From Planctomycetota bacterium (lineage in GTDB: Bacteria > Planctomycetota > UBA8742 > UBA2392): a stretch of 64,000 nt of DNA. Shown piece after piece: positions 1-9,200 of the stretch. The position numbers were made by a program, and so were the translations under genes. The notes below the pieces were generated by a model. That model worked only from the letters and a program-made list of their open reading frames with translations, ran no database searches and had not been told where the DNA came from. The stretch lies in assembly GCA_019636215.1 (NCBI GenBank), contig JAHBXZ010000011.1, positions 34,697 through 98,696 of the forward strand. The letters are read 5' to 3'. The first letter of the stretch is position 1; every line of letters begins with the position of its first letter.

Positions 1-537
1 CGGCTCAAAGTGCTTCAGCACGATTTCGCGCGTGGCGTCAAAGGGTGGGCCGCCGGGTCGACCATGGTTGTAAAAGCAACCGATCAGCAGCCCCCCGGGC
101 TTGAGCAAACCGTGAATCAGCCTCGCATACTCGTCGCGGCGATCGGGGTCTACAGCCACAAAGCAGGTGTACTCGTACACGAAATCGAATGCGGCCGCCT
201 GGGCGGGCAACAGGCTGAATATGTCGGCCTGGCGGAATTGCGCCTTTGGCACCATGGCGTGCAGCTTCTGCGCGCCCTCAATGGCCAGGGGCGCGAAGTC
301 AACTCCGGTTGCCTCAAAGCCCTGCTCGGCCAGCAGGCGCACGTCGTGGCCGAAACCGCAGCCCGGAACAAGCACAGACCCCGGCCTGGGTTGATTGTCC
401 AGCAGCCAGCGCTGCAAAGGCGGCGCAAATGTACCCAAGTCCCAGCGCGGGTTTCCTTGGCTGGTGTAGATGGCGTTCCAGTACCCTGGTTTGTTAATGT
501 CAGCACCAGCCGCTGACGGCTCGCCCTTCTGGTTCAC
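1..537 (-). CDS. Thiopurine-S-methyltransferase (TPMT)-like SAM-dependent methyltransferase. N-terminus is in the window (GTG start about 535–537); C-terminus runs off the left edge.
   Basis: Minus-strand translation reads VNQKGEPS...GYWNAIYTSQGNPRWDLG...LVPGCGFGHDVRLLAEQGFEATGVDFAP...LKPGGLL, with SAM motif I and a TPMT-like N-terminus. GGAGG lies 7 nt upstream of the GTG. The listed +strand ORF 10..516 looks like Arg/Ala-rich junk. Confidence 0.7.
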   Translation of the reverse strand, partial: MNQKGEPSAAGADINKPGYWNAIYTSQGNPRWDLGTFAPPLQRWLLDNQPRPGSVLVPGCGFGHDVRLLAEQGFEATGVDFAPLAIEGAQKLHAMVPKAQFRQADIFSLLPAQAAAFDFVYEYTCFVAVDPDRRDEYARLIHGLLKPGGLLIGCFYNHGRPGGPPFDATREIVLKHFEP

Positions 538-548
538 GATCTGCCTCC

Positions 549-1226
549 ATGATGCCCTTCGACGGCAAAGAACTACTGCAAATGGCCGCGCGTTACAACG
601 CGTCGATTGAACCGTTGCAGGTGCTGATTTTCATCCCGACGCTGCTGATCTTCGCGCTGCTGCGGCGCGGAACCAAACAGGACACCAGCCGCGGTGTGCT
701 GCTGCTGCTTTCCGCGGAATGGGCGATTGTCGGGGTGTTCTACTTTCTGAACGTTGTCGGTGATGTTCACTGGGTGGGTACGGTTGGCGGCATCCTGTTT
801 GTGTTCGCGGCGCTGTTTTATGCCGGCGCGGCCTCGCGCAGTTTTCCGCCCCACTTTCACTGGCGGGCGGACAACCCGTCGCTGCTGTCGTTCCTGATTG
901 TCGCGATCAGCGTGGTCGGCTACCCGGGCTTCAGTTGGGCGCTGGGGCGCGAGTACCCGGCCGTAACCACCTTCAGCCTGATGCCGGGCTCGGTCGCGCT
1001 GTTGACCCTTGGCGTGTGCCTGTCCGCCCGGCCGGCACCGCGCCTGCACCTGCTTGTGCCGCCGCTGCTGGTTGTGCTGCTGGCGCCGTTGACGGTGATT
1101 GCCTGGGGCGTGTGGGAAGACCTGGTGCTGATTCCGCTGGGGCTGCTGGCGGCGCTGGCCTGGTGGAAGTGGCGCGGCAAACTCGAAGGCGCCCCCACCA
1201 AGGACACGATTCGTTTTGACTTTTAG
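549..1226 (+). CDS. Polytopic inner-membrane protein of unknown function
   Basis: 225-aa ORF with at least 6 hydrophobic helices, high GC3 and coding-like codon periodicity. Divergent from the TPMT-like gene, with only 11 bp between the two start codons. Confidence 0.55.
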   Translation: MMPFDGKELLQMAARYNASIEPLQVLIFIPTLLIFALLRRGTKQDTSRGVLLLLSAEWAIVGVFYFLNVVGDVHWVGTVGGILFVFAALFYAGAASRSFPPHFHWRADNPSLLSFLIVAISVVGYPGFSWALGREYPAVTTFSLMPGSVALLTLGVCLSARPAPRLHLLVPPLLVVLLAPLTVIAWGVWEDLVLIPLGLLAALAWWKWRGKLEGAPTKDTIRFDF

Positions 1227-1390
1227 AGCATTTTCACAGTTCGTTTGCAGGCTTCCGCTTGCGGCGGGCTTCGCATCTCTGCGTCGCGCTCCCTCGGCGT
1301 GGCCTCCAGCCACGCCTGTGTCCGCGCTCCTTGATCTGTTCGCCCGGCGCGGCGCGGAATCTCTGCAAACAAACAGCGAAAAAGCTCTAG
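1224..1390. repeat. About 167-bp MITE/REP-like element with about 33-bp imperfect terminal inverted repeats, lying between convergent gene ends
   Basis: Left arm tagagcattttcacagttcgtttgcaggcttcc matches the reverse complement of right arm ggaatctctgcaaacaaacagcgaaaaagctctag at about 27/33 positions. Internal hairpins include ggcgtgg/ccacgcc. A second near-identical 40-nt copy of the left arm is at 10708–10747. Confidence 0.6.
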
Positions 1391-2115
1391 CTCCGGCGGG
1401 CCAGCACCACCTGCCGCAGGCTTGATGCGGGCAACCAGGGGCTGCCGTCAAGGTCGCCCCATCGTGCCGCCACTTTCAGGCCGGCCGATTCCAGCAAGGC
1501 CTGCAATTCGTTTGGCGCGTACACGCGCACTCGTTCCTGCCAGCGGCGTGTGCCTTTGGGCGTAACGAACTCCAGGTCCTTGATGATGCGCGACGATGCG
1601 CTGTCGAAACGGCGGCGCTGCACCAGCCTGCCGCCTTCGCAGGCTTCGTCGGTGTGTGCCTTCAACGCCGCGACGGTGGGGCCGGGGTTGATGTGGTCAA
1701 TCACCAGCGCGCCGCCGGGTCTCAGCACCAGGCGCGCATTGGCCAGCATGCGCAGGTCGTCCTGGTCGCTTTCAAAGTAGCCGAACGACGTAAACAGGCT
1801 GCAGGCCCAGTCAAACGTGGCATCACCAAATGGCATGGCGCGCATGTCGGCCCGCACCGCAAGCCCGGCCAAGGCACCGGCGCACAACAGGTGGGCGGAG
1901 TAATCCAGGCCACGGGCATCCAGGCCGGCATTGCGCATGGCACGCAGGTGACGGCCGGTTCCGCAGGCGATGTCCAGCACACGGCCCCGCATGGGCAGCA
2001 GGCCGTGGCTGCGCATGGCGCTTACCTGCGCGGCCGCCTGGGCGTCCGACCGATGGGCGTACACCTGCAGATACTCGGGCCCGAACGCGCCGACAAACCA
2101 CGGCTGGTCAGTCAT
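1387..2115 (-). CDS. Class I SAM-dependent methyltransferase
   Basis: 242 aa. Contains VLDIACGTGRHLRAMRNAGLDARGLDYS (motif I) and LVLRPGGALVID (post-I/II). Confidence 0.8.
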   Translation of the reverse strand: MTDQPWFVGAFGPEYLQVYAHRSDAQAAAQVSAMRSHGLLPMRGRVLDIACGTGRHLRAMRNAGLDARGLDYSAHLLCAGALAGLAVRADMRAMPFGDATFDWACSLFTSFGYFESDQDDLRMLANARLVLRPGGALVIDHINPGPTVAALKAHTDEACEGGRLVQRRRFDSASSRIIKDLEFVTPKGTRRWQERVRVYAPNELQALLESAGLKVAARWGDLDGSPWLPASSLRQVVLARRS

Positions 2116-2166
2116 GCCGCGAGTCTAAGGAAGTGTCGTCAGCGTGCCACTTGCTATGCTGCCGTC

Positions 2167-2526
2167 ATGCGAAACCTGTTAAGGCGCGCCGGAATCATGG
2201 CCGCGCTGGTTGCCTGTGTGGTGATCGCCGGCTGCGGCAGCACCACGGAGTACTGGAAGCCCGACACCGTGGTGGAAGAAACGGTGATGGCCCCGCCGCG
2301 CACGGAAATCAGCCGCACGGCGGGCTGGCTGGAAGTCCGGCGCACCCAATCGGTCGAAGAAACGCGCCGGCCGGTCGAAAGAATGCAGCTGCTGCACGAG
2401 AAGCTGGTCTCCACCGTGGCCTGGGATGACCTGGGCATGGTGGTCATGTACATCCTGGGCAGCGTGGTCGTGCTGGCCATCTATGTGTTCCTGTACGCCA
2501 GCGCCTGGGATGGGGGCGACGATTGA
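2167..2526 (+). CDS. Small lipoprotein with C-terminal TM helix
   Basis: ATG at 2167. Signal plus lipobox AALVACVVIAGCGS; C-terminal hydrophobic helix MVVMYILGSVVVLAIYVFLY. Confidence 0.55.
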   Translation: MRNLLRRAGIMAALVACVVIAGCGSTTEYWKPDTVVEETVMAPPRTEISRTAGWLEVRRTQSVEETRRPVERMQLLHEKLVSTVAWDDLGMVVMYILGSVVVLAIYVFLYASAWDGGDD

Positions 2527-3035
2527 AGACCCTTGCCCTTGCCTGCTGCCTGTTGCTGGCCGGCTGCACAACCACAAGCTGGGTTGAAGAAACCAACGTG
2601 ACCCGCGCCACCGGCCAGCCCACCGTGCGCCAGGTGGATCGGCCGCTGGCCCACCAGACACTGCAGCTGACCACAACACTCGAAGAAGACGGATTTGTGA
2701 TCGACCGCCGCATCCACACGGGCGACGAAGGCGTGGCGCGCATCAACCTGCTGCCGGTCGCCCTTCAGCGCATGGTGTACGGGCGCGACGTCAAGCTGAC
2801 CTTGTGGTCCTACGACGACAACCGCTTTGTTCACGAGGACCTTGTCAGCGAAGCCAGGGCCGCCGAAATCGTTGCCCAATGGCGCATCCAGTGCAGACTG
2901 GGAACCCGCACGCCGCTGCGTTCGTCCGAAGCCGCACTGCTGGACCGCGCCATCGGGGCAGCACCAGACCCTGAAACCGCCCAGGCCCTGCGCGAGATCA
3001 AGTTAAAGGTCGACCTGCGGCCTGATTGGGAATGA
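2523..3035 (+). CDS. Lipoprotein of unknown function
   Basis: Start MKTLALACCLLLAGCTT (lipobox); 170 aa; 4-nt overlap with the upstream ORF. Confidence 0.55.
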   Translation: MKTLALACCLLLAGCTTTSWVEETNVTRATGQPTVRQVDRPLAHQTLQLTTTLEEDGFVIDRRIHTGDEGVARINLLPVALQRMVYGRDVKLTLWSYDDNRFVHEDLVSEARAAEIVAQWRIQCRLGTRTPLRSSEAALLDRAIGAAPDPETAQALREIKLKVDLRPDWE

Positions 3036-3100
3036 CCGGCGGCGACCATTCTGGCTGAACTTATCGGACCCAAACCGTCGATAGACTTCGCGGGGCGACC

Positions 3101-4255
3101 ATGGCTGATGGCGTTGAGGTAATTTCGCTTCCCGACCCGCGCCACAGCGCGGAGTGGATGGATATGCCCTGGCGCATCAACGCCGGCGACCCGGACTTTG
3201 TGCCGCCGCTGCGCATGGAAGCCAAAAAGCTGCTGGATCGCTCCAGGTACCCGTTTTTCAAGATCGGCGATGCGGCGTTCTTTCTGGCAAGGCAGAAGGG
3301 CGAAGCCGTTGGCCGCATCGCAGCCATCCAGAACAAGCTGCACAACACAACCTACAACGACCGCACCGGGTTCTTCGGGTTCTTTGAGTGCCACGACGAC
3401 CCGCGCACGGCCCGGGCACTGCTGCGCGCGGCCGCGCGCTGGTGCGCAGAACGCGGACTTGCCTGTGTGCGCGGCCCGCTGAACTACAGCCTGAACGACG
3501 AATGCCCGGGTGTGCTGGTGGATGGGTTCAACGGCCCGCCGCTGATTTTGATGTCCTACAACCCGCGCTACTACGGCCGCCTGCTGGAACAGGCGGGCAT
3601 GGGCCGACGCAAGGACATGTACGCATACCTGGTAACCCGCGCCACCGTGGCCGATGATCGCTTCCAGCGCGTGATGAACGCCGTGCGCCGCCGCAACAAG
3701 GATGTCTCTTTGCGCGAGATCCGCACCGGCGGCTCGGCCTTTCTTGCCGACCTGCGCATGATGCTGGACATCTTCAACCAGGCCTGGGCCAAAAACTGGG
3801 GCTTTGTGCCCGTCACGCCCGGCGAGGCCGACGCGATTGCGGCATCGCTCAAGCCGATCGTGGATCCCGGGCTGACCGGCATTGCCGAGCTTGAGGGCAA
3901 GCCAGCGGCCATGATCATCTGCGTGCCGAACGTGAACGAAGTTCTGCGGCACATTCCGGACGGGCGGCTGTTTCCGTCGGGCTGGTACACGCTGCTGACG
4001 GGGCTGAAGCGCATCAAGGGCTTTCGCACCATGCTGATGGGCGTGCTGCCGGAGCACCGCAACAAGGGCATCGACGCGCTGCTGATCGACAAGGTGATCC
4101 GGCACGGCCAGCAGACCGGACAGCAGTACTGCGAGCTGAGCTGGGTGCTGGAAGACAACGAAGCCATGAACTCGCTGGCGGAAAAGGCCGGCGGAAGCCG
4201 ATACCGAACCTATCGCCTGTATGAATCCCCCATTGAGGACCTGCTCCATGGTTAG
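3101..4255 (+). CDS. GNAT-fold N-acyltransferase-like protein (FemAB/BioF2-like, Acetyltransf_6-type; family assignment tentative)
   Basis: 384 aa with balanced composition. The only motif-level evidence I can cite is the conserved-looking FFGFFECHDDP and GNAT-like C-terminal half ...KGIDALLIDKVIRH...ELSWVLEDN. Confidence 0.6.
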   Translation: MADGVEVISLPDPRHSAEWMDMPWRINAGDPDFVPPLRMEAKKLLDRSRYPFFKIGDAAFFLARQKGEAVGRIAAIQNKLHNTTYNDRTGFFGFFECHDDPRTARALLRAAARWCAERGLACVRGPLNYSLNDECPGVLVDGFNGPPLILMSYNPRYYGRLLEQAGMGRRKDMYAYLVTRATVADDRFQRVMNAVRRRNKDVSLREIRTGGSAFLADLRMMLDIFNQAWAKNWGFVPVTPGEADAIAASLKPIVDPGLTGIAELEGKPAAMIICVPNVNEVLRHIPDGRLFPSGWYTLLTGLKRIKGFRTMLMGVLPEHRNKGIDALLIDKVIRHGQQTGQQYCELSWVLEDNEAMNSLAEKAGGSRYRTYRLYESPIEDLLHG

Positions 4256-5705
4256 ACACACCCTGCTGGCCGCCTGCATCATGGCGGCACTTGTGCTGCT
4301 GGCACACACACCCCACGCCCAGGCCAAGGGCGGGCTTGGCGCGGAACTTGAATCGGCCATCCTGGCCCAGCTCAAGAAGGCCGAGGGCAAACGCGGCACT
4401 GCCGCCTGCGTGATCCGTGACCTGGATACCGGCGCCACGCTGCTGGATTCCCGCGGCGACGAGGCACTGGCCCCGGCCAGCAACATGAAGCTGCTGACTT
4501 CGGCCGCAGCGCTGGCCACGCTGGGCGCCGACTTTGAGTTCAAGACCATGGTGCTGGGCCGCGGCGCGGTCCACGCCGGCACGCTTTCCGGCGACCTCTG
4601 CCTGGTGGGCGGCGGCGACCCGAACATCAGCGGGCGCTTCCACAACGGCGACCCGCTGGCGCTGTTCCGCACCTGGGCCAACCTGCTTGTCGGGCGCGGC
4701 ATCACCCGCGTCAGCGGTGATCTTCAGTACGAAAGCTCCATGTTTGGCGGTGAAAGCTTCTGCGAAGGCTGGCCCAAGGACGACCAGTACATCAAGTGGT
4801 ACTGCGCCGAAGTTTCCGCACTGGCATTCAATGACAACTGTGTCGGCATTCGCGTGCTGCCCGGCAAGGCCGGCGAACCCGCCCGCATTGAGACCATCCC
4901 CCCCACTGCTTATGTCAAGGTGATCAACCAGACGACTACCGTGGCCGGCCGCAAGGGCGCCGAGATCGGCATCCTGCGCGGGCGCACCGACAACACCATC
5001 ACCGTAAAGGGCAAGGTCTACGACCAGTCCACCTGGGGTTACACGGTGGATGTCGCGGTACACCAGCCGGAGGCCTACGCGGCAACCGTGTTCAAAGAAA
5101 CGCTTGCCACAGCGGGCGTAACTGTGGATGGATCGATCAAGCCGGTGACGCTTGCGGCGGCCGACTTTGCGGCGGCCACCATGCTGGTCGAGCATCGCGC
5201 GCGCCTTGTGGATGCCTTGAAGCCTGTCAACACCAACAGCCAGAACCTGCACGCCGAGATGCTGCTGCGCCAGCTTGGCCTGCGCCTGACCGGCAAGGGC
5301 ACGTTCAAGACAGGTTGCGCCGCGCTGCTGGAATACGTCAAGCGCCAGGGTCTGCCTGCCGACGGGCTGGTGCTGGTGGACGGCAGCGGGCTTGCGGCAA
5401 GCAACCGGCTTACGGCGCGGCTGCTGGCGGGCATCCTGCACAAGACGGCGGGGGCAGATTACTTCACGACCTGGCGCGACAGCCTGGCCGTCGGCGGCGA
5501 GACCGGCACACTGGAAAAGCGCCTGAACGACGCGGCCCTCAAGGGCAAGGTTTACGCCAAGACCGGCTACATCAACGGTGTGAGGGCCCTATCGGGCTAT
5601 GTCCTGTCTGACCGCCGCAGGATTGCCTTTTCCATTCTGATGAACGACTGCGCCTACTCCCGCGAGTGCCAGGACGAAATCGTGCGCCTGCTGGCACGGG
5701 CATGA
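4248..5705 (+). CDS. dacB: D-alanyl-D-alanine carboxypeptidase/endopeptidase, PBP4 family (peptidase S13)
   Basis: Signal peptide MVRHTLLAACIMAALVLLAHTPHAQA; active-site SxxK in SNMKLLTSAAAL; GAGGA 10 nt upstream of ATG 4248. The ORF track start at 4221 is probably too far upstream. Confidence 0.8.
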   Translation: MVRHTLLAACIMAALVLLAHTPHAQAKGGLGAELESAILAQLKKAEGKRGTAACVIRDLDTGATLLDSRGDEALAPASNMKLLTSAAALATLGADFEFKTMVLGRGAVHAGTLSGDLCLVGGGDPNISGRFHNGDPLALFRTWANLLVGRGITRVSGDLQYESSMFGGESFCEGWPKDDQYIKWYCAEVSALAFNDNCVGIRVLPGKAGEPARIETIPPTAYVKVINQTTTVAGRKGAEIGILRGRTDNTITVKGKVYDQSTWGYTVDVAVHQPEAYAATVFKETLATAGVTVDGSIKPVTLAAADFAAATMLVEHRARLVDALKPVNTNSQNLHAEMLLRQLGLRLTGKGTFKTGCAALLEYVKRQGLPADGLVLVDGSGLAASNRLTARLLAGILHKTAGADYFTTWRDSLAVGGETGTLEKRLNDAALKGKVYAKTGYINGVRALSGYVLSDRRRIAFSILMNDCAYSRECQDEIVRLLARA

Positions 5706-6196
5706 TCGCCGCCATCGGCAAAGCGCTTGCACAGGGCCGGCCACGCGTCGGCCTTGTGCTGTTGCTTGGGGCCGGGGCCAGCCTTGCGCTGCTGCTGCTG
5801 GAGGGCTCAGGCTCGCCGGCTGCCGCGCCTTACAACCCGCCGTTTGCGCACTTTGACAAACTGCTGCACGCTGCCGCCCATGCCTGGCTGGCCACGCTGC
5901 TGGCCTGGGGTCTGGCCCTTGCCCGTGCGCCGCGTGCTGTTGCCACAGTTCGCCGCCACGTGATGCTGGCGGCCGTGCTGGCCTTTGGGGTGGACTTCGC
6001 GGCCGGGCTTGCCGTAGAGGTCACACAACTGCTGGTCGGTGCCGCCCACGGGCGCCGATTTGACTGGTGGGATGCCGCGGCAAACGCGGTCGGCGCCGTT
6101 GTCGCCACCGGCCTGTTTCTTGCGGTGGCCCTGCGGGGCACAAGGCCCTACACTGTTGCCGATTCGCGGCCGGAAAACGACGGCCGGGCCGTATAA
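5702..6196 (+). CDS. VanZ-family membrane protein
   Basis: ATGA start/stop overlap with dacB (atg 5702–5704, tga 5703–5705). 4 TM helices; FDKLLHAAAH and GRRFDWWDAAAN motifs typical of VanZ-like proteins. Confidence 0.6.
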   Translation: MIAAIGKALAQGRPRVGLVLLLGAGASLALLLLEGSGSPAAAPYNPPFAHFDKLLHAAAHAWLATLLAWGLALARAPRAVATVRRHVMLAAVLAFGVDFAAGLAVEVTQLLVGAAHGRRFDWWDAAANAVGAVVATGLFLAVALRGTRPYTVADSRPENDGRAV

Positions 6197-6212
6197 CAGT
6201 GTCGGAGGCCGC

Positions 6213-9200
6213 ATGCGTCGTCTGCCAACTGTGCTGGCACTGTCAGTCCTGCTGGGCGTGGTCGCGTGGGCGCAATGGCGCCCGATGCGCGAAGACCCGG
6301 CAGCCGACCCCAAGGCGTTCGACATCACCACCCGCGCAGACCTGGAGGATTCCATCCGCCGGGTGGAGTCCCTGCGCAGCCAGTTGCGGGAGGCCAAAAC
6401 AGACCGCGAGAAACAGGTCGTTACAGAATCCATCCTTGGCCTGTGCCAGGACGAACTGGCGCGCCAGGCCAATGCTTCGGGCGCGATTGTAACCGAGCGT
6501 TCCCGCGACCCGCTGACGCCCGGAATGGCCACGCGTTGGAAGGGCGCGTTTCTGGTACTCGAGGAGATGATCCGCAGCCTGGGCCCAGAGGGCCTGGCGC
6601 ACTACGAGCGCCTTTACGGCCCCCGCGCCGAGCGCCTGTTGCAGGAGGCCCAGCAGTCCCAGGACCAGGCAGCAATGGAGGGCATCAACCGGCGCTTTGG
6701 ATTGACCCGCGCCGGCAGTCGTGCGGCTGTGCTGCTGGCGACATTCCGTTGGGAAGCCGGCGACATCTCGGGCGCGGCCCGCGCCCTGGAGCGCGCGTTG
6801 AACGCCCCGGAACTTATCGCCGATGGCCCCCGCGCCTCTTTGTGCGCGTGGCTGGGCCACTGTTATCGCGAGCTTGGCGAGCGCGCCAACCTGGCACGCC
6901 TGGCCGAACAGGCCGCGCCGCTGGCGGAACAGGTCATTGACCAGGGCGGAACCCGCGTACCGCTGGCCGAGGTGCTGCGCCGCAACCTGGCCGAGGCCCG
7001 CGACACCAGCGCCGACACCCTGTCTGCTTCCGGCGTGGATTGGCCCGGCGGCAACCACACCAACACCGGCCTGCATGCCTTGCCCACGGACTATGCGCAG
7101 ATCGCCTGGTCGCGCCTGCTGCCGCGCCTTGCGGCCAGCGCGCAACCGGCGTTCATGAATTACCCCAGGCCGGTGATCGGGCCGTTCCTGCCCATGTGCG
7201 ACGGCAATGCGGTGTATGTGAACACCGGCGACCGGCTGGCAGCCTATGACCTTGTTGGCGGTGGCACGGGTGACGAGCCCTTGTGGGCCTGCAAACCGTT
7301 TCCGACCTTCGAACACAACTGGCGCACCACAGAGCCCGACCCGGCGATGATCCTGCCCGTCAGTGGCTGGCGTGGCACCCTGTTTGCCGCGCTGGAAAAC
7401 CCGCTGACAACCGCCCTGCACGACCGCAATCCCGACCCGATGTTCGGCCTGTACAGCCATTATCCGCAGGCCCGCCGCGCGTTGTGCGCGGTGGATTCGG
7501 GCACGGGCCGCCTGCTGTGGAAGCTGGGCGGGCTGTACGAGGGCAGCCCGGACGATGTGACCAGCTTCCTGTATGCGACGGTGCACGACGGCACCCTGTA
7601 CGCGATCGGTTCGCGCCTGCCGATGTTCAGCGAGGTCTACCTGTACGCGCTGAATCCTGTCAGCGGCGAAGTGAAGTGGAGCCTGCGGGTGTGTTACGGC
7701 CAGCAGGAAACCACCATGTTCGGCCGGCCTTCGCGCACACCCTATCCCAGCCTGTTTGCGATTTCGGGCGGGAACATGTACCTGTGCACAAACCTGGGCG
7801 GTGTGGTTTCCGTTGACCTGTCCCGCCGCTGCCTGAACTGGATCAGCCGTTACGACTACGTGCCGCGCCCCATCACCAAGTACACCGAGACCTACTACCG
7901 CGACGTGACCTGGGCAAACAACCCGACTTTCTACGCCGAGATCGCGGGCCGCGGCTACCTAGTGATTGCACCCACGGACAGTTCGCAGATGTTCGGGCTG
8001 GATGCCGCCAGCGGCGAAATCCGGTGGCGCCTGGACCGCGAGGCCCTGCTGGGCGGCGGCCGTGTGCTGGTGGGCCTTCGCAATGGCGTGGCCTGGGTAG
8101 CCGGAGACGGAGGGTTTGCCGGCGATGCCGGGTCACGGCTGCGCGGGGTGGATGTTCGACTGGGCCGCGTGACCAGCACCATCCGCGTGACGCCGGTGGA
8201 TCGCGCGGCAACCATGGCCCTGCACGGGCGCCCGGCCATGGCTGGCAACCGGATTTTCTGGCCGGGCTGGTTCGGTCGCGACTGCGCCCTGTGTGAGGTT
8301 GACCTCGACAGCGGCCGCGTTTCCAACTCCGCCTATGTACCCTCCAGCTATGCCGGCTGGGGCTATTCGGTGTTCTGCCAGAACGGGATTCTCTTCACGA
8401 TCTCGGGCACCGACAGCACCCGCGCCAACAACCAGCTTGCCGTGCGTTTCAACCAGTCCGCGCTGCTGGATTCCACACGCAAGGCCGCGCAGGCTGACCC
8501 ATCCAGCGCCGAGGCAGCACTGCGTTACGGGCTGCTGGCACTGCGGCTGGCGGACTCCGCCGAGGGCCTGAAGCAGCTTCGCGCGGCCTTTGAACTGGCC
8601 GGCCGCGCGCCGGTGAACACCCGCGTGCGTGACCATGCCTCGCGCGCACTGGTCGCATGGCACCTGCGCCAGGCCGATGTTTCGCTGGCGGCCCGCAAGA
8701 CACAGGATGCCCTGGGTTCGGTCGCGCAGGCACGCGAGTTTGCCCTGCAGCGCAGCCAGCGCAGTGAGTGCTTTATGCGGCAGGAACGCGCACTTACGGC
8801 CATGAACAACCCACAGACGCTGCTGGAACTGTTCCAGGGCCTGGTGGATACCGACCCGGACTTCGGCGTCGGCGAAGACCCGGAGATTCCCGCTGCCACC
8901 TATGGCCGCATCCGGCTGGCGGCCATCATGGAAACCCGCGACCCGGCACAGGCCGCCGGCCTGTACCAGCAGATCCAGGAAAGCCCGGAACGGCTGGCCT
9001 GGCAGGGTGTCAAGCTGCGCGCACTGGGGCTGGACCGCCTGCGCGAACTGGTCAAGGCGCACGGTCGGCAGATTTACGCGCCACAGGAAAAAGCGGCCTC
9101 GGATCTGCTGGTCGTCAACACTCCCGAGTCACTGGCGCGCCTGCTGCGCCTTTACCCGCTGGCCCATGCCGCTGACGAAGCCGTGCTGCGCCTGGCCTCG

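Noticed and set aside
10-516. 168-aa plus-strand ORF at the left edge
   Set aside because: Arg/Ala/Gly-rich with no motifs. The opposite strand encodes a convincing TPMT-like methyltransferase with SAM motif I.
2831-5441. Long minus-strand ORFs (624 aa and 475 aa) antisense to the GNAT and dacB genes
   Set aside because: Typical high-GC antisense artefacts (R/A/G/P-rich, no domains); the plus-strand genes have clear family motifs.
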